From Azolla caroliniana (Eukaryota > Plantae > Polypodiophyta): DNA of 64,000 nt. The notes under the pieces are model-generated. The model had not been told where the DNA came from. It ran no database searches and worked only from the letters and a program-made list of their open reading frames with translations. Positions 39,110 to 49,990 of the stretch are shown here, piece by piece (the stretch's first letter is position 1; each line of letters begins with the position of its first letter). The stretch spans positions 12,276,001 to 12,340,000 of the forward strand of contig JBHGNT010000006.1 in assembly GCA_043228905.1 (NCBI GenBank), written 5' to 3'. Both the position numbers and the translations under genes were made by a program.

Positions 39110-39143
39110 CTTCGTCTGTGTAACGACCATGAGATGCACTCAT
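17667..39143 (-). CDS. TMC: Transmembrane channel-like (TMC family) protein gene, at least 13 exons, ~900 aa
   Basis: TMC motifs in order: W..HLKEIEGSFGSAV..F.FLRW, GLEKTWIFLGGY, LVFTSWDFRIT, CMENEVGTQILKL, VYLQVLVWTGSHFSP...FYSKK, PSSGICGP. The 12 introns joining exons 1-13 are GT-AG and phase-consistent. Start and last exon uncertain. Confidence 0.88.
17954..18124 (-). CDS. TMC: TMC exon 13
   Basis: QAGNPLG...WIGSPVILGVVIILLVFIIILL...EEDLECKD; may instead read through to TAA at 17936. Confidence 0.8.
18258..18458 (-). CDS. TMC: TMC exon 12
   Basis: VTLKTC...YSASRT...PSSGICGP...YIG, phase 0/0. Confidence 0.85.
19369..19509 (-). CDS. TMC: TMC exon 11
   Basis: LSIPDFAIDTVYLQVLVWTGSHFSP...FYSKK, phase 0/0. 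Confidence 0.88.
19600..19731 (-). CDS. TMC: TMC exon 10
   Basis: VGFCASKCMENEVGTQILKL..., phase 0/0. Confidence 0.85.
19831..19978 (-). CDS. TMC: TMC exon 9 (Cys-rich loop)
   Basis: LYLILQTG...CTDTSQCPLDGFLCC...CSTQL, phase 2/0. Confidence 0.8.
21527..21698 (-). CDS. TMC: TMC exon 8
   Basis: TGYAQATL...WEDWKP...LFFLRALNLSTFLY, phase 1/2. Confidence 0.85.
21878..21980 (-). CDS. TMC: TMC exon 7
   Basis: RYAVLGILWPMVMAGTITAVYYL..., phase 0/1. Confidence 0.8.
22525..23610 (-). mobile_element. 5'-truncated RTEX-like LINE (second family): ORF2 C-terminus, 3' UTR, (TTTC)n tail
   Basis: LRTSSHQLQIEVGRY...C..C...C motif; 3' UTR ends ggccttataggccattttggcctcttaaaaga...(tttc)n. Confidence 0.8.
24451..24561 (-). 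CDS. TMC: TMC exon 6
   Basis: AATKLRKGIRMQLREML...WKYYK, phase 0/0. Confidence 0.8.
26306..26420 (-). CDS. TMC: TMC exon 5
   Basis: ISRRAMG...LVFTSWDFRITSLQ, phase 2/0. Confidence 0.85.
28060..28720. repeat. Degenerate tandem repeat (~125-130 bp unit) in intron
   Basis: Recurring ggagcatgtag.acatagg and acagctag.tccatc motifs at ~28340-28410, 28460-28540 and 28640. Confidence 0.5.
30552..30694 (-). CDS. TMC: TMC exon 4
   Basis: ANGLEKTWIFLGGY...LLAILA, phase 0/2. Confidence 0.85.
30921..31124 (-). CDS. TMC: TMC exon 3
   Basis: PFWGLWGEHLKEIEGSFGSAV...FLRW...KQLFQ, phase 0/0. Confidence 0.9.
32678..35783 (+). mobile_element. Truncated Ty1/Copia in TMC intron 2: 5' LTR, Met PBS, gag-PR-INT; RT/RH and 3' LTR absent
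   Basis: LTR 32678-33316; PBS tggtatcagagc 33317-33328; zinc knuckle CFYCDKKGHTIKDC, WILDSGAS, RSDRGGEF. Confidence 0.9.
33420..35783 (+). pseudogene. Copia gag-protease-integrase, one premature TAG at 33825
   Basis: ORFs 33420..33827 and 33939..35783 are in the same frame. Confidence 0.88.
36362..36490 (-). CDS. TMC: TMC exon 2
   Basis: AG|VEATVTRAKERL...ELKDN|GT, phase 0/0. Confidence 0.75.
37565..37930. repeat. Degenerate ~80-90 bp tandem repeat in TMC intron 1
   Basis: gtcattttggcc(a) motif at ~37657, 37748, 37833, 37913; aatatcagatgtca in two units. Confidence 0.55.
38133..39143 (-). CDS. TMC: TMC exon 1 (low-complexity N-terminus, contains apparent frameshift)
   Basis: Donor CAG|GTTTG at 38133; 5' start uncertain (ATG at 39143, 39049 or 38576). 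Confidence 0.6.
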
Positions 39144-39448
39144 TGGGTTTTCTGTTAGATGAATATATGTATGTACATATGTATCTACATACATATGTAC
39201 ATACTCATGAATATTGGTATTTTTGGGTTTTCTTTTCTCTTTTTTTTCTTTTCTCTTTTTTTTCTTTTTTTTCTTTTTTCTTTTTATGTACATACATACA
39301 TATTGTGAAATCCACATACAAAGAATCAAAACCAGCTTGCTTACTCATGAAGATACAAAGACCTACCCATTTGGGTTGGCTTAGCTACATGTGTGCTAAA
39401 AGGGGTGGTGTGTTAAAAGGCATGCACTTGCACGAAAGGGACACCACA

Positions 39449-40690
39449 TTTCCCCCTTGAGAGAAACAAGGAGTTTTACAACATGGGGAAAGGATGAGTA
39501 CTAGAAGATGGGCTTGGGGTAGCATAGGGCTTGATCCAAGCAACATGAGCGCAAGTGAATCGGCTGTTGGAATAGCGTCGAAGCAAGTAGTGGATTTGAT
39601 GGTGCAAACTATGGTGAACTGGGTGATCCATTGGTGCATGAGGGATTCACTGAGACCATGCTATCGGACCAGGAAGTAAACAAGGACTTTGGTTCCATCG
39701 GCATAAGTCAAGGTAATTCGACTCAGGTTGTAGTGCCACTTCTGGCGCTGCTGTGCAACTTGTATGTTTCGGGAGTTGGCTTGTCGAAAGAGGGGGAGCA
39801 TTTGTTGGAGATAGAGCCCCCAAGTGGCACTATCCATGTTGGAAGGTTTGGAATGGACGTCAATGGACGATTCTGGTGGGAGCCGAGGGTCGCGCCCATA
39901 AAGTGCTCGAAAAGGGCTTATCCGTGTTGACGCCTGTACGGATGTATTGTAGGTGTTGGTGATGAAAGGCAATATTTGATCCTAGGTTTTGTGGCATGGA
40001 TCGATGCAAGCGGCAATCTCCTACTTGAGGGTCTTGTTGAGGCGTTCGGTGAGGCCATTTGTTGCAAATGGTACGGGGATGTAAACACCTGTTGGACACT
40101 TAGTTGAGTTGCAACAGCGTTGAGGACATCCCTATGGAACTGGCGGCCCTGATCAGATAAGAGTTGGACAGGGCAACTGTGTTGAAATATTACCTTGTGC
40201 AAAAGTTAGGAGGCGATTGTTGGCACAGTGACGTCAGGGATAGCAACGCTTTCAGCCCATCTAGTGAGGTATCCTGTTATGACCAAGATGTACTTGTTGC
40301 CCCTGGGGGTTTCAAGAAAAGGTCCCATGAAATCCCATCTGAAAAACTCGAAAGGTGATGTGACAATGATGGGTTAGAGTGCTCAAGCGGGCTTGCCCGC
40401 AGGTTTGATGTGTTGACACAAAGCACATTGTTTGATGTAGGTAGGGATAGAGTGTCACATGTTGGGCCAGTAATACCTAATACCTAAGGTGTAATTTTTC
40501 GAGAACCTTATGGAAACCTAGATGGCCAGACAATGGGTGGTCATGATAAAATTGGAGGTACGTTTGTTGTAGTGCATGTAGAGACGAGGCTCGTGATGCG
40601 CCTAAATGAAGAACACCAAGTTATCGTGGAGCATGAACCATCGTTGTGAAGGAAATGGTTGGATGGAGCGCAATTGATGCTAATTTGTGA
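39449..40690 (-). mobile_element. Decayed Gypsy integrase fragment with PPT; 3' LTR starts at ~39448
   Basis: HDHPLSGHLG...C..C, LLSDQGRQF, SPFRALYGRDP; PPT aagggggaaa then TG. Confidence 0.7.
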
Positions 40691-43600
40691 GGGTTAATGG
40701 CCCATGGCAACTAACAACGGTATTGAATATCGATCATTAGGACCCTTGGCCATGGTCCTCCTGAGCCACATCCAAAACCTTCTGTAGTGTTGTGCATCAT
40801 CGACCTTGTTTCCATTTCCATGGCAATCACTTTCATTTTCAGATTTGTTTCTGTCTTCATTTTCATTGACTTCATCAGTTTTTGCATCCTGTTTCGGGAT
40901 GTACCAACTACCCAACTCATCAAATATTACATCACGGCTTACTACAATCTTTTTTGTCAAAGGGTTATAATATCTATACCTTTTTTGCTCCTTTGAATAT
41001 CCCACAAAGACACATTTTTCAGTGTTTGGATCAAGCTTACTTCTTACTTCAACGTGTACATGAACATAAGCAATGCATCCAAACACTTTTAAGTGTCCTA
41101 AACTAGGTTTCCTGCCATAGAAACATTTTTCAAGAGTTACTACATGTACTCCAGATATTATGCATCTACTTAGAATATAGTTTGTTGTGTTTACAACTTC
41201 AGCCCAGTAATACAATGACATATTTTTTTCAGTCATCAAAGCTCTTGCTATGTTTACCAAAGTTCTATTTTTCCTCTCAGCCACTCCATTTTGCTATGGA
41301 GTATATCTACATGTGAACTTTCTGTTAGGAATTCGGTCCCTCCAGATGGGATTTGGATGAGAACCGGAGGAGCCGGATCGGACGAGTCGGATGAAGGAAG
41401 CGGATCCGGAAGGGTTCCGGATGGGACCCGGAAACCGGATCGAGTGAATTTGGATGGATCCGGTGCAAACCGGATCGAAGGACATATGTGTAAATATGTT
41501 TCATGGTTAGCCTATTGAGGTTATATTTGTAAATAGCCCAAAAGTCATATAAGTATAAATATGACTTAGGGCAATCACTTTATGTGAATATGGTGTAGTA
41601 GTGGTTGTATCATCATTGTACACAGGGTGTGAGAAAGCGAGAGAGAGAGATACAAAACTAGTTTCTGTTGTAACCGTCGGTTGGCGAAGACATAGAGTTG
41701 GAGGTCGTTGCCTCTGAGTCTCACATTGTATTCCTCCCCTCATAGTGATAGTTGGAGTCTGTGGGATCCCGTGGTTTTTCCCATTTAGGGTTTTCCATGT
41801 TAACATTCTGTGTCATCTTATTTTCAGTTTCCTCTCTTCCATTCACTGTTTTAAGACTCGGTTGTGGCCGAGCATCATTTCCACATCAATCCTGGTATCA
41901 GAGTGAACAAGAAAATGGAAGAGTCATTCGGAAGCATGTTCAAGCTCACCGGCTCCAACTACCCAGTGTGGAAGTCGAAGAAGAGGGACATGCTCGTGGT
42001 CAAACTTCTCTGGCTGCTGGTACAGTTCGGGGACAAGAAACCGGATAAGATCGATGCCGCGACATGGGAGGTGATGCACATGAAGACGATGGCATACATA
42101 CGGTGCTTCATCAACATGAGCATGTACAACAACTTCAATGAAGAAAGTAAGGCTCATGTGCTCTGGGAAAAAATTGGCACCATGTTGGAGAGTAAAAACA
42201 TCATAAATCGGGTTTCGGTATTCCGGAAGTTAGTGAGACTCCGGTACCAGGACGGATCCAGCATAGTAGAGCACATGAATGCATTTCAAGGGCTCATAAA
42301 TCAAACAACTTCGCTTGAAGTACCTCTAGCCAACGAGGTACTTGCATTGCTCCTGCTCAGATCCCTCCCGAATAGTTGGGAGACACTAATTGTCACTTTG
42401 GGCAACATTGGACCGGAAGGAAAGCAACTATCCCTAGCAAGAGTGAAGTCGAGCTTGCTAGATGAAGAAGCTCGCCAGAAGGACTAGGAATCCGGAACCG
42501 ACCTGAAGGCCTTGGCTGCGGAAGATGACCATAACCGGGGGAGAAACCGGTACCGGAGTCCCCAGAACCGGGATAAGTCGGGGACAAGGTCGAAGTCAAG
42601 GGGGGGGGGGGGGTGGGGGCTCCTTACTTCCATTGTGGGAAGCCAAGGCACTTCCAGAAAAACTGTCGGCATTAAGAGAAAGGAACCGACAGTGTTGATT
42701 CGAAGAAGGGTTCGGACTGGAAAGGCTCGGATCGGAAGGGAATGTCGGCAATTGCGACAAGTGAAGAAGAACTGTTTCTCATCACCGAGGAGAATGAGTT
42801 AAACCTTGTCGGTGACGAGACAACGTGGGTTGTCGATTCCGGAGCATTGTTCCACCTAACACCGAACCAGAGATGCTTCTCATCCTACACAACCGGAGAT
42901 CACGATTGTGTCCGGATGGGGAATGAAGGGACCTGCCGAATCATCGGCATAGGAGATGTGTTGTTGACGACATCAACCGGATGCAAGTTGTTGTTGAAGG
43001 ATGTCCGACACGTTCCGGAGGTTTGGTTGAACCTGATATTAGTCGGTCGGCTAGATGATGAAGGCTACATGGGTAGCATCCGGAACGGAGTCATGAAGTT
43101 CAGCAAGGAAAGCTTGGTTGTGGCTCGAGCCTGGAAAATCAATACATTATACCTGATGCAGGCTCGGATATTCCGAGAAGAAGTGAACGTAGCATCTAAC
43201 AATGCCAGTGAGTTGTGGCACAAGAGACTATGCCACATGAGCCAGAAGGGGATGAGAAGACTTGCCGAAGTTAACCTCATTCCGGAGGTGAAAGACGTGC
43301 AGCTTGATAAGTGCATTGATTGCTTTGCCGACAAGCAAAACTGAACCTCCTTCCAGTCAAGACCACAGATGAGACGGAGTGCACCATTGGAATTGGTGCA
43401 TACCAATGTGTGTCAAGTCGACACGAAGTCACATGCCGGATCGTAGTACTTCGTGACGTTCATAGACGACCACATCCGGAAGCTATGGGTCTCACCGTTG
43501 AAGATGAAGGATCATGTGTTGTCTATCTTTAAGGAGGTCCACACAAGAGTGGAAAGAGAAACCAGCCGAAAGCTGAAGGCGGTTCGAGCAAATAACAGAG

Positions 43601-44052
43601 GAGAATACCGGGGGCAGTTCGAGGAGTACTACAGGTCGAAGGGAATCCGGCTCGAATTCACCATGCTGAAGACGCCGGATTTGAATGGGCTGGTGGAATG
43701 AATGAACCGAACAATAATGGAGAGAGTCTGAAGCATGCTAGCACATGCAAAGTTACCCAAGACGTTTTGGGTTGAGCCGCTGATGACAACAATGTACGTG
43801 ATTAGTAGGTCACCCTCGGCACCCTTGGAAGGAGACACACCACAGAGAGTATGGACCGGTAAAGACATGTCTTACAGGCATCTGAAGGTGTTCGGGTGTC
43901 TCGCATATGTGCATGTTGCAAAGGACAAGAGAGCAAAGTTGGATCCGAAATCCCGACCCTACCATATTCCTTGGATACGGCGATGATGAGTTTAGTTATC
44001 CAGTGTGGGACCTGGTCGACAAGAAGGTCTTCCGGAGTCGGGATATAGTCTT

Positions 44053-47000
44053 TGTAAACGTAAGTGTTTGCAGAAGCGTAAAACAGAGAACAACACACAT
44101 AGAGAGAGAGAGAGCGAGAGAGATAGAGAGAGCAGAACACAATTCAAAATTATATCAAGACTCTATATACACACTGTGCTAAGTAGCACTATTTATACAA
44201 GTCCTCTTGGGACTGACAGAAGTACCATGTACTTCAATGCTCACACGAGCATCTAACACTTACTACGAGACTATAGCTACCTAGTAGTCTATCCTATACT
44301 AGGCTTCTGATTGGACTTCCGGTTACGGATTGCACTCGGCCTCCACTGCTTGTCGGTTCGGTTGCTCACCGTCATACCGATCCGTTTCGCCCGATCCGTC
44401 TCGCTTACCGGCTCCGGCTTATTCAGCCGATCCGACTCCTGTTGAGCTTGCCGCTCAACACTCCCCCTCAAGCTCAACCTGAGGTGGGGTCGTAGTGTCG
44501 ACCTCTGTGGCAGTCGGTTCTTCCAACCAACTTCTCCTGGTGTCACTCCGCCTTGCTCGTGCTCCTCGTCCGGTCACGTCCCGTTTGCCGCGACCCCTTT
44601 GGTTCTGCGCGCCTTGACCCTCTCGGTCGGCATGTCTGCTCAATAGGCCAATCTCAGCACTCACGTTGCTGTGACTCCGGCGCTTGCCGATCCGTCGGTT
44701 CTCCCACGATGGCATCGACTTCCGCTGTGTCCATGTCCCCTTGGCCTTCAGTCGATCCAACTCATCCGGATCCATCTGTTGATCCGAGTCAGCTATCTCC
44801 GACTCGTTCCAGCTCTTGTCCGAATCGGTACACTCCGATTCGACTTCCGACTTCAGGCCTCTCACCACATCGGACCACTTCCGAGTCTTGGCCTTCTCCA
44901 TGCTTCCCTCGGCTTCTTCAGCCGGTGAACCGAAATCGAATTCTTCATTCGACTCTGTATCATGGTCAGTACCGTCGTGATGACCTCTGCACAACATGCA
45001 CTTCTCTTCCTGAGTGCACAACTCTTCTTCACAGCCGCTTGCTCCGACCTGTTTGGATGTGTCGACTTCCTTCGTCGACTCGGCTTCCTTCTTCTTGTCT
45101 CCTCTTCTTCCGGCTCTCCTCTTACCGACGGGTTCAACAGTTTTTTGGCCTTTGCCCGTTTCGATAGAGACTTTGCCCTTGCTTCTCCCCCTCAAGTGCG
45201 GCACGTCGAGATGCTGAATACCAAGCATGTCGGTAAAGTGCTGCAACTTGTCCGATCCGAGCGGCTTGGTGAAGATATCGGCAACTTGCCGATCCGTATG
45301 AACATACCGTAGGTCAACTTCACCGCTCAGGACCTGCTCACGCATGAAGTGGTAGTGCACCTCGATGTGCTTTGTGCGAGCATGGAACACAAGGTTCCTG
45401 GCGAGCTGCAGGCTGCTCATGTTATCGCAGTAAATCGGGATCGGGGTCGGTACCTCGATCCGCAAGTCTCGCAGCAGTCGCCCAAGCAAGATGGCTTCAC
45501 AAGTGGCAACGGTAGCGGCCCGGTACTCAGCCTCAGTGCTTGACAAAGCCACTGTGGGCTGCTTCTTGCTGCTCCACGCAACGGCCGCGCTACCTATGGA
45601 GAACATGTATCCGGAAGTGGAGCGGCGATCAGACGCATCGCCGGCCTAGTCAGCATCTGTGTAACCGACAAGCTCTTCGGGTATACCTCGCCGGTATAGC
45701 AGTCCCCGGTCCTTAGTGCCGCTGACATACCGTAATATTCGTTGCGCGCACTGAAGGTGCTCTACGGTCGGCTTCTGCATGAACTGACTTACCATCCCGA
45801 CCGGATAGCTGATGTCGGTCGGGTGATGGTTAAGTAGATCAGGCTTTCGACAACCTGTCGGAACCGTTTCTCATTGCAGGTCGGTTCGGAGTTGGGACGG
45901 AGCTTCTGGTTCCGGTCCAGGGGTGTGGAGACAGGTCGGCAATCCGTCATGCTGAACTTATACAACATATTCAACACGTAATGTCGTTGTGAGAGCAATA
46001 TGCCGTCGGGGGTCCGGATCACTTCGATCCCAAGAAAATAATGAAGGTCCCCCAGGTCCTTCATTTCGAATGCGTCCGACAACTGGGACTTGACGCGGTT
46101 GATTTCGGGAAGACCCGGTCCGGTGATGACTAAATCATCCACATACAAGAGTATACATAACGGACCGTCAGAGCCTTGCCGGATGAACAACGAAGAGTCC
46201 GACTTAGAGACAGCAAACCCTAGCTTACGCAACCGGTGCGTGATCTTCGCGTTCCAAGCTCGGGGGGCTTGCTTCAAGCCGTAAAGCGACTTCTTCAGTC
46301 GGCATACCGCCGACTTGTTCATCTCCGATTGAAATCCGGGGGGCTGAGTCATAAAGAATTCTTCTTCAAGCTCTCCTTGAAGGAAGGCGTTCTTCACATC
46401 CATCTGGTGAAGATGCCACCCCCTTGCCGCAACAACCACCAGTACCACACGAATCGTTGTCATCTTCGCCACAAGAGCGAAGGTCTCGTCGTAGTCGATT
46501 CCGTGGGTCTGCGCGTATCCCTTCGCCACTAACCGGGATTTGTACCGGTTAACAGAACCGTCAGCGTTGTACTTGACCTTGTACACCCACTTGCATCCGA
46601 TCGGTTTACAGTGATGGGGAGGATCAACTAGGTCCCAAGTTTCGTTGGCATCGAGTGCCCGCATTTCTTCGTCCATAGCGGCACGCCAATTTGCGTCCTT
46701 TGCCGCTTCGGCGTAGCTCTCCGGCTCACACACTTCTGTCACCTTAGTCATGTACGCATAATGATGCGCCATGTATTCATTGTACCCGTACCCATGACGG
46801 GATCCTTCTGGCGGGTTGATCGGCGCAACGCACCGTCACATGATTTGAGGCCCTTCTTGGCCAGTTCGGTCTTCGTTGCCGAAGATCCGCCTTTCTCCTT
46901 TCCGGAGTCGGATACGCACCGATCCGACTCATCGTTGCCGGTTTTGAATTCCGGCATCTTCCTCTTCCCCTTCTCTTTGCGCGTGAACCGTTTCCTCGGT

Positions 47001-49990
47001 TCCTTGCGCGGGGAGAGCACGGCAGAGTCTCCACCACTTGTCGTCTCTTATTCGACTGGTCCAACCGACTCAGTCGCTCGTTCAGTCCACTCAACCGTAA
47101 CGATTCCGGACTCTCATCTTGAGTCCCGGCTCCATCATCCTCTGGCAGGGCTGATTCAGGCTCGCTGGCCTGATCTTCCGGCATTGGGTCGGGATCGGAA
47201 GTCGGTACGGAGTACCAAGATGCCGATTCATCGAACTCGACATCCCGGCTAACTTGGACTTCCTTCTTCCGGGGGTTATAGCACTTATACCCCTTTTGCT
47301 CTTGAGCATAGCCGACTAGGATGCATTTTTCCGATTTTGCATCCAGCTTTCTCCGCTTCTGATCCGGCACATGCACATACGCTATGCTGCAGAATATCCG
47401 AAGGTGTCTTAAGTTCGGCTTGCACCCGAAATACAGCTCATGAGCTGACACCTTGTCACCAATGCGGTTTTGTATGTAGACGGCCGTCCGGACCGCCTCC
47501 ACCCAGTAGAACCGGGGCATGTTCTTCTCCTCCAGCATTGCCCTTGCCGCTTCGACGAGTGTCCGGTTCTTCCTTTCGGCCACACCGTTTTGCTCCGGTG
47601 TATATCTGCAGCTGAACTCTCGCCGAATTCCCTTCTGCTGCAGATAACTAGTGAATTGGCCGGAAAAATATTCCTTTCCACCATCCGACCGAAGGCATTT
47701 GATCTTCCTCTCCGATTCCCGTTCCACCATCTTCTGGAGGCTCCGGAAACAGTCGAAGACTTCGCTCTTCCGCTCAATGAGGTAGATCCAAGTATGTCGA
47801 GTATAGTCGTCGATGAAGGAGACGAAGTATCGGCTCCCGCTAAGGCTTACACTTTGTGTCGGTCCCCACACATCCGAATGGATGAGATCGAGCTTGTTAC
47901 GGCTCCGGTTCCGTTCGGTGGGGAATGGAAGCCGGTGTTGCTTCCCATGTTGGCAGGCTTCACAAATTTCGGCTCTCCGGCAGCTGAACTTCGGCAAACC
48001 GAAAACGACTTGTTTCGTTTGCAGGTCTTGAAGCCTCTAGTAGTTGACGTGGCCTATCCGCTTGTGCCACAGGTCGATGTCCGACTCGACCTTCTGTCGT
48101 TTCGCGAACAGAGCAGTGCCAAAGTCATTGGTGTTGAGGATAAACATCCTCCCGTCTCTGCACCCTTGCGCAATGACTTCGCCCTCATCCTCAATGAAGC
48201 ACCCGAGGTGCGTAAACCGCACCTGCATCCCCTGGTCGACAATCTGACCGACGGACACCAGGTTCTTCGTGATTGTCGGAACGTGTAATACGTTCATCAG
48301 CTTCCCTTTCTGTCCGACGTGGCTTAGAGGGACTTCTCCGACGTGCACGATTGGGTGAGGAGTGTCGTCTCCGGTTTCGACTACTCCTGGTTGATCCGGT
48401 TTCTCCAGAAAGGAGAACCACTCTTTGTGGCTCGTCATGTGGTTCGACGCGCCGGAATCAACATACCACACTTCCTCCATTTTGGAAGTGGTCTTCTTCA
48501 TTGAGTTTGCTTTGTGATTCATCACCAAGGCTGGTCCCTTACCGGCCTTTCCGGTTCCGGATCCTTCTAATCCGTTTGCGTAGTGCGAGTTTTGCCGGCC
48601 ATCCTTACCGGTCTTGCCGGATCCGGATTTGTCCGAATCGGCACGCTTTCTCCAGCACTCGCTTTCCTTGTGGCCTTTTTTGCCACAGTACCAGCATTCC
48701 GTAGCGGATTTGTCTTGCTGGCCTCCGGCACCGCCTTGACTCCCCCTGCTTGTGGAAGTCCTGGAACTGCTGTCGGCACGCTCATAGTGCCTCCGTTCCT
48801 GCTCTTGCCGGCCGCCTCCATTGCGTGCCGACCCGCCTCTTCCACCACGCCCACGGAGCCGATCCGTTCCCGTGTATAGCATTCGGTTGTCCGGGGATGC
48901 ACTGGTAGGTGCACCGGCGTGGTTCTCCTCTACAAGGAGCATCGACTGTAAGTCGAAGAATGAGGGGGTATTCTCCCTTGTACACACCGCAGTCCGGAAC
49001 GCTCCGAACTTGGACGCCAGGCCTCCGAGACATACCTGCACCATCTCGTCTTCCTCTACAGTAACATTGATAGAGGCGAGCGAGTCGCAGATCTCCTTTA
49101 TCCGGCCCGTGTAGTCTGCCACAGACATGTTCTTCTGTCGAACATTGCTCAACTCCTGTCTGAGTTGCAGCTTCCGGGCAGTGGTGCTTGCGGCGAAAAC
49201 CTTTTTCAGGTTCCCCCAAGCATCCTTCGGTGTCTTGGCGTCACGGATGTGGCTGAGCAGCTGATCGCCGACACTGGACGCGAAGCAGTACATCACCCTG
49301 CTTGCCGCCTGTTCCCATACCGGGAAGTCCTTGTGTGCCGAGTCGGGCGCCGCATCATTCGCTCCTTCGACATAACTCCAGTACTCGTGTCCAAGCAGGT
49401 ACTGGTGCATCTTGTAAGACCAGGATGCGTAGTTGCTCCTGTCGAGCTTCTCCACCGGGAGCGACGTAGCCATGCCTCTATCCATGTGTTCTACTGTGTC
49501 TGTTTTCGACCTGTTAGGGTTTTCTTCTCAAGAGTAAATGTCTGCAGCAGAGGTTCTCAACCCTCGCACTCTGATACCATGCAAACGTAAGTGTTTGCAG
49601 AAGCGTAAAACAGAGAACAACACAGAGAGAGAGAGAGAGAGAGCGAGAGAGACAGAGAGAGCAGAACACAATTTCAAAATTACATCAAGACTCTGTATAC
49701 ACACTATGCTAAGTAGCACTATTTATACAAGTCCTCTTGGGACTAACAGAAGTACCATGTACTTCAATGCTCACACGAGCATCTAACACTTACTACGAGA
49801 CTATAGCTACCTAGTAGTCTATCCTATACTAGGCTTCCGATTGGACTTCCGGTTACGGATTGCACCTGGCCTCCACTGCTTGCCGGTTCGGTTGCTCACC
49901 GTCATACCGATCCGTTTCGCCCGATCCGTCTCGCTTACCGGCTCTGGCTTATTCAGCCGATCCGGCTCCGGTTAAGCTTGCCGCTCAACA
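44053..49990 (-). mobile_element. Full-length Ty1/Copia with TSD GTCTT
   Basis: LTRs 44053-44460 and 49580-49990; Met PBS 49568-49579; PPT 44461-44472; gag-PR-INT-RT(YVDD)-RH with a few stops and frameshifts. Confidence 0.95.
44455..49485 (-). pseudogene. Copia polyprotein with extended C-terminal tail
   Basis: ORFs 48037..49485, 46777..47997, 45789..46772, 44455..45606. Confidence 0.9.

Noticed and set aside
38745-39460. Poly-K/poly-F/poly-L ORFs as separate genes
   Set aside because: Alternative-frame readings of (TTC)n and T-rich tracts around TMC exon 1.
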